From the NCBI GenBank assembly GCA_963762145.1, contig CAVXJS010000019.1:32001-96000 (forward strand): a stretch of DNA of 64,000 nucleotides. The letters are read 5' to 3'. Shown here piece after piece: positions 1-9,136 of this stretch. The stretch is from an uncultured Candidatus Rokubacteria bacterium. Lineage in GTDB: Bacteria > Methylomirabilota > Methylomirabilia > Rokubacteriales > CSP1-6. The notes beneath the pieces were generated by a model that saw only the letters and a list, made by a program, of their open reading frames with translations, had not been told where the DNA came from and made no database searches. The translations under genes and the position numbers were made by a program. The stretch's first letter is position 1, and each line of letters opens with the position of its first letter.

Positions 1-1381
1 GCGCACGGGTAGAAGGGCAGGGGCAGGCCCCAGTAGCGCTTGCGCGAGATGCACCAGTCGCCCATGTTGGCGAGCCAGTCGTCCATGCGCAGCTGCATGT
101 GGGCCGGGAGCCAGGTGACGCGCTCGTTGGCGGCCCGGGCCAGCGGCCGGATCTCGGTGGCGCTGAGGAACCACTCGTCCGCGACGCGAAAGATCAGCTC
201 GTGGCCACACCGCCAGCAGGTGGGATACCGATGGCGGTGCGAAGCCCGCGCGAAGAGCAGGCCACGCTCCTTCAGGAGGCCGGCGATCGGGGCGACGGCG
301 TCGAGGACCGCGGTGCCCGAGAGGGAGCCGAAGCCTTCCAGGTAGCGGCCCTCGGGATCCACGGGCGCGACGACGGGGAGCCCGTGCCGGCGGCCGAGGT
401 CGAAGTCCTCGAATCCGCAGCCCGGCGCGATGTGGACGAGCCCGGTGCCGTCCTCGGCCGACACCTCGTCCCAGGGGATCACGCGGTGCTCGATGCCCTG
501 CTGGGCGGGTAGATCGTCGAACGGACCCGACGTATCGCAGCCCGACGAGCTCGGCGCCCTTGACGGTTCGTCGCGGCGCCCCGAGGGCCGGGTAGCGCCC
601 GGCGCAGACCCGCGGCGACGTAGTAGACCGTGCCCGCCCGCTCGCATTCGACGTAGTCGAGGTCGGGGTGCACGGCCACCGCCACGTTGGCGGGCAGGGT
701 CCACGGCGTCGTCGTCCACACGAGCAGCCGGTGGTCGGGCCGATCCCGGAGCGGGAGGGCGACGGTCACCGACTCGTGCGTGAGCTCGGCGTAGGCATCC
801 AGCATCTCGTGCTGCGAGATCGAGGTGCCGCAGCGAGTGCACCACGGCATCGGACGGTGTCCCGCATAGAGCCAGCCCCGCTCGTGGCAGCGCTTCAGAA
901 AGCTCCAGTTGTACTCGATGTTGGTGTCGGACATCGTGAAGTAGGAGCTGGGCCAGTCCATCCACTGGCCGAGCTTCTTCGACTGCTCGGTCTGGACCTG
1001 GGCGAAGTGCAAGACCCGCTCGCGGCAGGCGCGCGAGAAGCGCTCCAGGCCATAGGACTCGATCTCCCGCTTCGAGTTGAAGCCGAGCGTCTTCTCGACT
1101 TCGACCTCCACCCAGAGTCCCTGGCAGTCGAAGCCGTTCTGGAATCGCTGGTCGTAGCCGCAGAGCGCCCGGTAGCGCTGGACCACGTCCTTGAACGTGC
1201 GCCCCCACGCGTGGTGGATGCCCATCGGGTTGTTGGCGGTGATCGGGCCGTCGAGGAAGGAGAAGCGCCGCGCTCCGCGGTTCCTGGCCACGAGACGCGA
1301 GAAGACCTGCTCGCGCTCCCAGAGCTGCAGCGTGGCGGCCGCCACGGCGACGAAATCGAGCGGTCCCGGCGTGGAAAACAT
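1..1381 (-). CDS. ileS: Isoleucyl-tRNA synthetase (type 2, GIHH signature); runs off the window start; frameshift(s) near 520-600
   Basis: LDGPITANNPMGIHHAWGRTFKD, GFDCQGLWVE and LVWTTTPWTLPAN. Another frame continues with GTGLVHIAPGCG and DWCISRKRYWGLPLP. Confidence 0.95.
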
Positions 1382-1433
1382 GCTCGCCTCCCCTTGTCTG
1401 GTGTAGAACGACCCGGGTCCCCGGCGAGCTGGG

Positions 1434-1467
1434 AAACAAAACGGCCGCCAGGAACCCTGACGGCCGT
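1434..1467 (-). terminator. Attenuator terminator upstream of ileS
   Basis: Minus strand ACGGCCGUCAGG-GUU-CCUGGCGGCCGU followed by UUUGUUU, about 50 nt before the ileS ATG. Confidence 0.85.
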
Positions 1468-1495
1468 GAGATACGTGGACGCGATGTGCCGACCG

Positions 1496-1546
1496 TCAGC
1501 TCAGAAACTTCCCTCCGGTGATGCCTGAGCGACTAATTCGGCGCAT
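1496..1546 (-). CDS. Putative ileS leader peptide MRRISRSGITGGKFLS (16 aa, two Ile codons)
   Basis: ATG lies 6 nt after an extended -10-like TGTTATTGT. Ile codons are ATT (4) and ATC (9). The stop codon lies inside the antiterminator arm. Confidence 0.7.
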   Translation of the reverse strand: MRRISRSGITGGKFLS

Positions 1547-1686
1547 GGCCAGACAATAACACAGGCCGCCCATGGTGAGCAGGCTTGTGCTCAGCGCAAA
1601 GATAGCGCGGCGGCTAAGTTCGCGCGGGCTCACCGATTTATCCCGACTCGGGGGCTGGCACGATGCGTGCGGTATGCCCAGCCACC

Positions 1687-2025
1687 ATGCTCCCGAGCGA
1701 GGTGGGTGGGCGGGCGAGAGGAGGGCAGGCGGCGGAGCTGCGGCGCCATGCGCGCGAGACCGCCCGCTGGCCCATCGTCCTCGAGACGCGCGAAGGTCAC
1801 CTGCTGCCACTTCCCCTGATCAATCTGAGCCCGGGTGGCGCGAAGGTCCGCTTCACCGAACGCCTCATGGAAGGTGTGCGGGGACGGGTCTATTTTCTCC
1901 CGCCTCACTGGCATCCCCGCGTGGTCGAGGCGGTCGTCTGGCGGATCGATCAGGACGGCGTGGTGCTCCGATTCGATGATGTGAGCCCCGGGACGCCGCC
2001 GGCCGACCGGAGCCCCCGAGGATAG
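1687..2025 (+). CDS. Stand-alone PilZ domain protein (c-di-GMP receptor)
   Basis: RxxxR (RRHAR) and NxSxGG (NLSPGG) motifs; C-terminal VVWR...GVVLRF. Confidence 0.8.
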   Translation: MLPSEVGGRARGGQAAELRRHARETARWPIVLETREGHLLPLPLINLSPGGAKVRFTERLMEGVRGRVYFLPPHWHPRVVEAVVWRIDQDGVVLRFDDVSPGTPPADRSPRG

Positions 2026-2106
2026 CGCGAGAGGACGAGCATAACCGGCCGGAATAGTCTATCCTGCCCCCGCCGAGCCGGTGAGTCACTCAAAGGAGAG
2101 ATCGCC

Positions 2107-3636
2107 ATGCGCGTCGTCCTCGCCTTTCTCCTGTTCGTCCTCGTGTTCCCCTCCGCGGCGCTGGCCCAGTCGGGCGCCCAGATCACGATCAGCCAGCCCG
2201 CCGAAGCCACCACGATGGATCCGGGGCGCAGCACCCAGGTCCTCACCGTCAACTACTTCATCAACCTCTACGACACGCTGACCCGCTGGGACAACGCGCT
2301 GAAGCTCCAGCCGGGGCTCGCCACGTCGTGGAAGCAGGTCAACGACACCACCTGGGAGTTCACGCTCCGGCAGGGAGTCAAGTTCCACGACGGCACCCCG
2401 TTGACGGCCGAGGACGTCAAGGCCACGCTGGACCGCAACCTCGTCCCCGGCAAGACTGTGGTGAACCCCGGCTTCACCACGATCGAGTCCGTCTCGATCG
2501 TGAACCCGTCGACGATCCGCATCGTCACCCAGAAGCCCGATCCGCTCCTTCTCGTGCGGGTCGCCCAGATGGGGGCCCAGATCCTGCCCGCCCGGCTCAC
2601 CACGGACGACGGCGTCAAGGAGCTGGCCCGGCGGCCGGTGGGCACCGGCGCCTACCGGTTCGTCGAGTGGGTGAAGGACGAGCGGCTCGTCATGGAGGCC
2701 AACAAGGACTGGTGGGGCTGGGAGGGCAAGAAGCCCTCGATCGAGCGGGTGATCTGGAAGCCGATCCCCGACGACTTCCCCCGGCTGGTCGCGCTCGAGA
2801 AGGGCGACGTGGACATCATCACCAACGTTCCCCCCGACCGGTCCCAGGGCATTGCGGACGGCCGCAACACGCGCCTGCTGATGGTGCCGTCCACCCGGAT
2901 CGTCAACTTCGGGATGAACTCGACCCAGGCGCCGCTCAGCGACAAGCGCGTGCGCCAGGCGCTCCAGTACGCGGTGGACGTGAACGCCATCATCAAGAGC
3001 ATCTACGCGGGCCAGGGGAAGCCGATCGTCGGGAGCGTGGCGGACGTGGATTTTGGCCACAACCCCGCGGTCAAGCCCTACCCGTACGACCCGGCCAGGG
3101 CCAAGCAGCTCCTCGCCGAGGCGGGCTATGCGTCCGGCGTCGACGTCGCGCTCTACGCGGGCACCGGCACCATGGTCAACGACAAGGCGCTGCTCGAGGT
3201 GATCGCCAGCATGTGGTCCAAGGTGGGCATCCGCGGCCGGGTGGAGATGATGGAGATGGGAGCCCGCCAGCGGATGCTCAACGACCGCGCGGTCCCGCCC
3301 AACGGCATGCTGCTGGGCAATCCCCAGTCGACCCTGCTCGACGTCGACGGCTCGCTCTGGCGCATCTGGCATCCCAACGGCTTCAACGGCAAGTACTGGA
3401 CGGGGAGCCAGCCGGGCCAGCGCTTCCACGACCTCATGGAGGAAGCCCGCTACACGCTCGATCCCAAGAAGCGTAAGGCCCTCTACGCCGAGGCGATCGA
3501 GATCCGCAACGAGGAGAAGCCCTCGCTCGACCTCTTCCAGGAGATGGTCGTGTACGGCACGAGCAAGCGCGTGACCTTCAAGCCGCGCGCGGACTACCGG
3601 CTGATCGTCGCCGAGATGACGCTGGCGGGCCGCTAG
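2107..3636 (+). CDS. ABC transporter substrate-binding protein, family 5 (peptide/nickel type)
   Basis: Signal peptide, LATSW...FTLRQGVKFHDGTPLTAEDV, GTGAYRF; AAGGAG RBS. Confidence 0.92.
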   Translation: MRVVLAFLLFVLVFPSAALAQSGAQITISQPAEATTMDPGRSTQVLTVNYFINLYDTLTRWDNALKLQPGLATSWKQVNDTTWEFTLRQGVKFHDGTPLTAEDVKATLDRNLVPGKTVVNPGFTTIESVSIVNPSTIRIVTQKPDPLLLVRVAQMGAQILPARLTTDDGVKELARRPVGTGAYRFVEWVKDERLVMEANKDWWGWEGKKPSIERVIWKPIPDDFPRLVALEKGDVDIITNVPPDRSQGIADGRNTRLLMVPSTRIVNFGMNSTQAPLSDKRVRQALQYAVDVNAIIKSIYAGQGKPIVGSVADVDFGHNPAVKPYPYDPARAKQLLAEAGYASGVDVALYAGTGTMVNDKALLEVIASMWSKVGIRGRVEMMEMGARQRMLNDRAVPPNGMLLGNPQSTLLDVDGSLWRIWHPNGFNGKYWTGSQPGQRFHDLMEEARYTLDPKKRKALYAEAIEIRNEEKPSLDLFQEMVVYGTSKRVTFKPRADYRLIVAEMTLAGR

Positions 3637-3658
3637 AAGCGTCCCGACGAGGCCGGTG

Positions 3659-4315
3659 TCACCGTGACACCAGTCCCTCCACCTTGGCGGCCAGATCGCG
3701 GTTCACGAGGCCCTGCAGCGTGACGCGCAGGTCCGGCCGCCGGTCCATGAACGTGCGCAGGCTCGGGAGCGACCAGCGCATGTAGCGCGCGGGCCCGGTG
3801 AAGGCCATGTCCACCGGCGAGGGCTCCCCGGTGAGGGCCAGCGCGGTACCGATGATCTGCCCCGGCCTCATCGTCCCGATGGCTTCGCCCCGCTTGCGCA
3901 CTTCCGCGCTCCCCGTGATCGGGATGCAGAGGTGCGACGCCGGCTCTCCTTCGGTCACGACCTTCTCGCCGGCTTCGGCGCTCCTCCACTCGCCCACGAG
4001 CGACAGCGACACGAACTCGCGCGGCCGGATCGAGCGAAACGCGAGGTCATAGAGCGTCTGTTCGTCCTCGGAGAGGACGACCGGTCGTCGCTCGAGATAG
4101 ATGCGCGCGATCTGATACAGATTCATCGAGGTGAAGACGAGCGCCCAGAGGACCGGTGGCCAGAGCACGGTCCCCTGGACGAGGAAGTAGGGGATGTTGG
4201 TGAGCGCGGCGGCAACGGCAAACCAGCGTAACCAGAGAATGTCGCGCACCGAATAGGACACCAGCAACAGGATGTTCGAGAAGTGCACCAGGTAATCTGC
4301 GGCTTGAATGTTCAT
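3659..4315 (-). CDS. Popeye-like membrane protein with cyclic-nucleotide-binding-like domain
   Basis: Three N-terminal TM segments with SYSVRDILWLRW, followed by a cNMP-fold-like C-terminal region. Confidence 0.7.
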   Translation of the reverse strand: MNIQAADYLVHFSNILLLVSYSVRDILWLRWFAVAAALTNIPYFLVQGTVLWPPVLWALVFTSMNLYQIARIYLERRPVVLSEDEQTLYDLAFRSIRPREFVSLSLVGEWRSAEAGEKVVTEGEPASHLCIPITGSAEVRKRGEAIGTMRPGQIIGTALALTGEPSPVDMAFTGPARYMRWSLPSLRTFMDRRPDLRVTLQGLVNRDLAAKVEGLVSR

Positions 4316-4346
4316 CTCGAACCTCCGCGAGGCTCCCGAGGGCGGG

Positions 4347-5042
4347 TCACGCGCAGGGCCGGGACCCGGTGCTCTTCTCGAGCAAGCCGTCACGGATGAT
4401 CTGCGACCAGAGCTTCTGCGCGACGGCGTCGAGCGACACGGTTCTGTCCTGCCGGAAGACCGGCGCGGCGACCGTCAGCTCTCCGGTGGACTCCGAGAGG
4501 ATGTGTCCGGTCTGCGTGTCCCAGACCTGTAGCCACAGCCGCAGCGCCGAGATGCGGGTCTGGACGATCTTCAGGCCGCTGAACTCGAACTTGTCGAAGA
4601 GAGACTGGCTGAACTCGGCGAGCCCCGGTTGCAGCAGGTAGCGGGAGCCGAGCGCGGTGCCGATGCGCCGGAGCCGGTCGCGCTCCGGGATTCCGCCGCG
4701 GCCGTACCCGGCGAGGAGATCGGCGTACTCCACGGCCACCCCGCGGTCGGTGAGCCGATTCAGCACCTCCGGCATCGGAATGGTCCTGATGGGCGGCGAG
4801 CCTTGTGCGAGGGCGCTGGTGAGCGCGTACGATACGGTGGGGCTCAGGCCCTGGAGGTTGGCGGGGGCGGCGATGCCGAGGGTTGCGACCGGCTCGCACG
4901 CCAGCACCGCCAGGTCGACGGACGGTGGCCGCGGTGTGGACGTGATGTGGCCGTCCGACAGATAGAAGGGCGTGGTGCAGGCGGCCGCGAAGATGGCCGA
5001 GAGTACGATGCTGATCGCGACGACACGCCGGCTCGCTCTCAT
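4347..5042 (-). CDS. Hypothetical lipoprotein
   Basis: Signal peptide with lipobox-like FAAAC; 231 aa ORF. Confidence 0.65.
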   Translation of the reverse strand: MRASRRVVAISIVLSAIFAAACTTPFYLSDGHITSTPRPPSVDLAVLACEPVATLGIAAPANLQGLSPTVSYALTSALAQGSPPIRTIPMPEVLNRLTDRGVAVEYADLLAGYGRGGIPERDRLRRIGTALGSRYLLQPGLAEFSQSLFDKFEFSGLKIVQTRISALRLWLQVWDTQTGHILSESTGELTVAAPVFRQDRTVSLDAVAQKLWSQIIRDGLLEKSTGSRPCA

Positions 5043-5110
5043 CCTGGCCCCGAGCCATGTTGCGCCCCGGAGGGGTCGCGGTCAAGGCGGAGCCGGTACG
5101 CCCGGCCGTC

Positions 5111-6385
5111 CTACACGAGCACCCCCGGGTAGCCGGACCGGCTGGCCGTGAAGCCGGGGAACAGCGGCGCCTCGGCGGGCACGCCCAGGTGGCGCTGGGC
5201 GACCTCGGCGAAGAGGAGGCGGAAGTCGGTCGTGACCGCGAGGTCGCGACCCTCGAAGAGCTGATCGGCCCGCAGCCCCGGCCAGCGCCCGAGCACCCGG
5301 CCGCCGCGAACGGGCCCGCCGAGGGCCAGCATGGCCGTCGCGTGACCGTGATCGGTGCCGCGGTTGCCGTTCTCCCGCACCTGCCGGCCGAACTCGGACA
5401 TGGTGAGGACCACCACATCCGCCATCCGATCCCCGAGATCGCGATCGAGCGCGGCGAGCCCCTGACCGAAATCGGCGAGGCGATTCGCCAGCGCGCCGCG
5501 CTCGTTGCCCTGGCCGACGTGCGTGTCCCAGCCGCCGGTGTCGGCGAAGGCAACCTCCACGCCCACGTCGGCACGGACGAGCTGGGCGATCTGCTTGAGG
5601 CTCTCGCCGAAGCGGCCGCGCGGATACTGGGCGCCGTTGGCCGGGGCAAGACTCTGCGGGCTGACCGTGCGCAGCATCTTCACGGCCTCGAAGGTCTCGC
5701 GGCCGGTCCCGTAGATGAGGTCGCGCACGCCCCGCTCGTACATGGATTCGAAGCCGCGGCGCGCGTCCACCGTCCCCGCCATGCCGGCCGATCCGGCCTT
5801 CACGTCGAAGTCGGCGATGCTGCCCATCGCGACCGCTCCCGCGTCCCCGCGGAGAATCCGCGGGAGCTGTGGCCCCATGGAGACGGCCCGGAGCGGCGAG
5901 GCGCTGCCACGCGGGATGGCCTGCACGCCGCGGGCGAGCCAGCCGTCGGCGGTGCTCTTCACGCCTGGCGTGCCGGACTCCATGTAGTCCTGCGCGTCGA
6001 AGTGGGAGCGGGTGGTGTCCGGCGACCCGCAGGCGTGCACCACCGCCAGGCGGCGCGCGTCCCAGAGGGGCTTGAGCGGCGACAGCGCGGGGTGCAAGCC
6101 GAAGAAGCCATCCAGCTCGACGGCGGTGCCGTCGCGCCCCGCGGCGGGCCGCTCGATGGCGGTGGTGGTGCGCGCGGCATAGTAGTCGGCATCGCCGTGC
6201 GGCACCACCATGCTGAGCCCGTCCACCGCGCCGCGCTGGAACACCGCGATCAGCACCTTGGGCCGGCTCGCCGGCGCCTGGGCGTGAGCGGCGCGAACGA
6301 GGAAGTGCGGGATGCCGGCGAGACCGACGCCGAAGAGCCCGAGCGCGCCCCCCTTCATGAACGCCCGTCGCGAGCAGGAATGCAT
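5111..6385 (-). CDS. DUF1501 family protein (Tat-exported)
   Basis: SRRAFMK Tat motif, FQRGAVDGL, RSHFDAQ, GGWDTH, SEFGR, GTDHG. Confidence 0.9.
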   Translation of the reverse strand: MHSCSRRAFMKGGALGLFGVGLAGIPHFLVRAAHAQAPASRPKVLIAVFQRGAVDGLSMVVPHGDADYYAARTTTAIERPAAGRDGTAVELDGFFGLHPALSPLKPLWDARRLAVVHACGSPDTTRSHFDAQDYMESGTPGVKSTADGWLARGVQAIPRGSASPLRAVSMGPQLPRILRGDAGAVAMGSIADFDVKAGSAGMAGTVDARRGFESMYERGVRDLIYGTGRETFEAVKMLRTVSPQSLAPANGAQYPRGRFGESLKQIAQLVRADVGVEVAFADTGGWDTHVGQGNERGALANRLADFGQGLAALDRDLGDRMADVVVLTMSEFGRQVRENGNRGTDHGHATAMLALGGPVRGGRVLGRWPGLRADQLFEGRDLAVTTDFRLLFAEVAQRHLGVPAEAPLFPGFTASRSGYPGVLV

Positions 6386-6386
6386 G

Positions 6387-8093
6387 CTACCTCCTCTGGA
6401 ATTCGGGTGAGCCCAGGACGAGCGCCGCGAGCTTCTCCACGTCCGTGTTGCGCGGCCCCCGGTCGTCGGCGGTGGCGCGCACGATCTCCGGGCTGTCGAG
6501 CTGCGCGCGGATCACCTCGCGAGTCCCGGGCGACACGTCGCCGTGCAGGACCACCGCGATGATGCGGTCGAGCACCGCGGCGGGCCGTGTGCGGTCGACC
6601 GGCCCGAGGGCCTGCGCCAGGTCCACGCGGACCCCGGGCAGCCGATTCTGGGAGAGCGCCAGGGCAAAGTTCATCCGGGCCAGCAGCGCGCCGGTGTTCA
6701 CCCAGGCCCCCGCCACGTCCGGGTAGCCCGTGGGGGGCTGAGCCTCGTAGAGCGGCTCGCCAAGCCTCGCCACCTGCCGGGCCAGGACGAGGCTGCCGCC
6801 CGTCGTCACGCGCCCCGGCCCGCCGGGGACAGCCGGCGCGTCGATCTGCCCGTCGAGCGTGCGCACGGCGCTGACCACGACCTCGAGCGGAGTCTTCGTC
6901 TTCGCCTGGTACGTGTCGGCGGCCATGAACTCCGGCGAGCTGAAGATCGCCACCAGGACCGCCCGGATGTCGCCATCGGTGTCGCGGAACACCTTCGCCA
7001 CGCGTTCCACGAGGGCCGGGGGCGGCTCGTCGGCCACGAACCGGCGCAGGAGCTTGGTGGACACGAAGCGGGCGGTGGAGGGGTGCCGGGTCAGGAGGGT
7101 GATCACCGTCATGCCGTCTTCCTTCCCGCCCCCCGCCGGGATCACCGTCCCGAGCACGCGCTTCTGGCCCCGGTCGTGCGCCCCGGGGCGGAACAGGAAG
7201 CCGCCGCCCTGCTGCGGCTGGTCGATGGACCAGCCGGTGAAGCAGCGGGCCACCTCGATCACGTCCTGCTGCGTGTAGCCGCCGTCGACGCCCAGCGTGT
7301 GCAGCTCCATCAGCTCGCGCGCGTAGTTCTCGTTGAGCCCGCGCCGGCCGCTCCCCGGAATCACCAGGTCCTGGCGGGTGCTCCGCCAGTTGTCGAGATA
7401 GAAGAGCATCGCGGGGTGCTGTGCGGTCGCCACCACGAGGTCGCGGAAGCGCCCGAGCGCGTGGGGCCGGATGGCCTCGCGCTCGTACGCGGGCGTCATC
7501 CAGCGCGTGGCCGCCTTCAGGATGTACACGTTGAAGTGGTTGAACCAGAAGTCGACCATCACTTCCTGGAGCTGACGCTCGGAGACGACGGCGCGCGTGA
7601 CCTTGGCGGACTGCAGCTGCGCCGCGATGGTGGAGATCCGCCGCTCCGGCGGGAAGGTCTCGCGGAGCTCCTGCGGGGTCATCTGGCCGGATTCGAACCG
7701 CTGCACGTCCTGGGGGCGCGGCGGGGGGAATTCCTGATAGAGCTGGGCCGCGCTCATGGCGACGACCGGGAAGGCTCCGAGCATCGCCTCCAGCGTCCCG
7801 TCCGCGATGCGCTCGGGCTCGAGCTGCCGCTCGATCCAGGTGTTGAGCCCCTGCCGCTTCACGCGCTCCACGTCGCCGGGCCGAGGCCCGTAGCCCAGGC
7901 GGTTGAGCACGTGGACGATCTGCTGCTTCTCCGGAAGGGGCGAGCGGGCGAGGGTGACGCGGTACCGGGGCGCGGGCTCGGGAGCGGCCGCGATGGTCGC
8001 CGGTGCGGAGCGTCCGCTCGAGCAGCCGGCCAGCAGCTCGAACGCGACGCAGATCAGCAGGGCGTGGGCACCGTGACGGCCAGATCGTCCCAT
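6387..8093 (-). CDS. DUF1800 family protein
   Basis: LNRLGYGPRPG, FWFNHFNV, NENYARELMELHTLG, SPEFQRR; usual partner of DUF1501. Confidence 0.9.
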   Translation of the reverse strand: MGRSGRHGAHALLICVAFELLAGCSSGRSAPATIAAAPEPAPRYRVTLARSPLPEKQQIVHVLNRLGYGPRPGDVERVKRQGLNTWIERQLEPERIADGTLEAMLGAFPVVAMSAAQLYQEFPPPRPQDVQRFESGQMTPQELRETFPPERRISTIAAQLQSAKVTRAVVSERQLQEVMVDFWFNHFNVYILKAATRWMTPAYEREAIRPHALGRFRDLVVATAQHPAMLFYLDNWRSTRQDLVIPGSGRRGLNENYARELMELHTLGVDGGYTQQDVIEVARCFTGWSIDQPQQGGGFLFRPGAHDRGQKRVLGTVIPAGGGKEDGMTVITLLTRHPSTARFVSTKLLRRFVADEPPPALVERVAKVFRDTDGDIRAVLVAIFSSPEFMAADTYQAKTKTPLEVVVSAVRTLDGQIDAPAVPGGPGRVTTGGSLVLARQVARLGEPLYEAQPPTGYPDVAGAWVNTGALLARMNFALALSQNRLPGVRVDLAQALGPVDRTRPAAVLDRIIAVVLHGDVSPGTREVIRAQLDSPEIVRATADDRGPRNTDVEKLAALVLGSPEFQRR

Positions 8094-8116
8094 CGGCGGC
8101 TCCTTTGGGGGAATGT

Positions 8117-8144
8117 GACGCCCCTCCGTATCTTACTGTTTACA
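8117..8144 (-). promoter_or_regulatory. Possible ECF-sigma promoter of the DUF1800-DUF1501 operon
   Basis: Minus strand TGTAAAC-N17-CGTC, upstream of an AAGGAG RBS. Confidence 0.4.
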
Positions 8145-8203
8145 CCTCCGTCTTTTTCGGGGGAATCCGGCCCCCCGGGCCGGCCGGGCGCGCCGCCCGG
8201 GGA

Positions 8204-8737
8204 CTAGCCGCCGTGCTGCCGGCGGATGTCCGCCAGGTGATGGAGCGCGTGGCCGGCCATGGCATAGGCGATCGCCCGGACGCTGCGGGTGGTCCAGTCC
8301 GACGGGGCGCGATATTGCCAGGCCGCGGCGTCCAGTCCGCGCAGGAACGCGATGAACGCGGCGCGCACCGCGATGAGCTCGGCCACGAGCTCATCGAGCG
8401 GGCGCGCGGAGAAGTTGGCGACTGCGGCGTACTTCTCGAACTCGACCGCCGTCCACATGACCGGGTCGGCGCGCGCGATGAGCAGCGCCCGGTACCCGAA
8501 GACGCGCTCGGTGTCGGCCATGTGGCCGACGATCTGGAGGACGTTCCACTCGCCCGGCGCCTCCCGCCGCCGCGCCTGCTCCGGCGTGAAGGCGTGGAGG
8601 AACACCGCGCTCTCGGCGATCTGGCGTGCGAGCGTCTCCACGATGTGCCCGTTGGGGACGAGCCGGATGTACTGAAAATAGTACGGCAGGCACTCGTCGG
8701 CGTCCGGACGTCCGGGGCCGCGGTCGGTAGGGGGCAT
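8204..8737 (-). CDS. DinB family protein
   Basis: GEWNVLQIVGHMADTERVF and GHALHH His motifs. Confidence 0.85.
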   Translation of the reverse strand: MPPTDRGPGRPDADECLPYYFQYIRLVPNGHIVETLARQIAESAVFLHAFTPEQARRREAPGEWNVLQIVGHMADTERVFGYRALLIARADPVMWTAVEFEKYAAVANFSARPLDELVAELIAVRAAFIAFLRGLDAAAWQYRAPSDWTTRSVRAIAYAMAGHALHHLADIRRQHGG

Positions 8738-8748
8738 CGTCGCCGAGG

Positions 8749-9132
8749 CTAGAACTGCGTCTCGATCAGGCCACCGCCCTCGCTCATCTCGCAGCGGCCG
8801 GTGCCGCCCTTGTCCGGCCCGACCCCCGGCTCGTTGAGGGTGAAGCGGCAGGTCATCACGCCGCCCCGATCGCCGGCGAGCGTGCTGGTCATGTGATGGT
8901 CGCGGGCATTCGGAATCAACACGTACTTGCCCTGGTAGCGCTCTCCGCTCGGCAAGACCGCCGAGAGCTTGCCGCTCCCGCCGAAGAGGCTCGACTCGTA
9001 GCTCAAGGTTACGGGCTCGGCCGGCTTCCCCGGCGCGGTGAACCGGCCGGGCATGGGCCCGGCCGCGCAGCCCACCAGCGCGCCCACCGCGACCGTCGCG
9101 AGGGTCGACCGCGCGCTCCTTCCCCGGAGCAT
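8749..9132 (-). CDS. Small hypothetical lipoprotein
   Basis: MLRGRSARSTLATVAVGALVGC lipobox; starts directly after the TauD-family stop. Confidence 0.65.
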   Translation of the reverse strand: MLRGRSARSTLATVAVGALVGCAAGPMPGRFTAPGKPAEPVTLSYESSLFGGSGKLSAVLPSGERYQGKYVLIPNARDHHMTSTLAGDRGGVMTCRFTLNEPGVGPDKGGTGRCEMSEGGGLIETQF

Positions 9133-9136
9133 GCGC

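Noticed and set aside
1382-1660. T-box riboswitch upstream of ileS
   Set aside because: No GGTGGNACC T-box sequence or Stem I motifs are visible. The leader peptide plus alternative helices explain the region.
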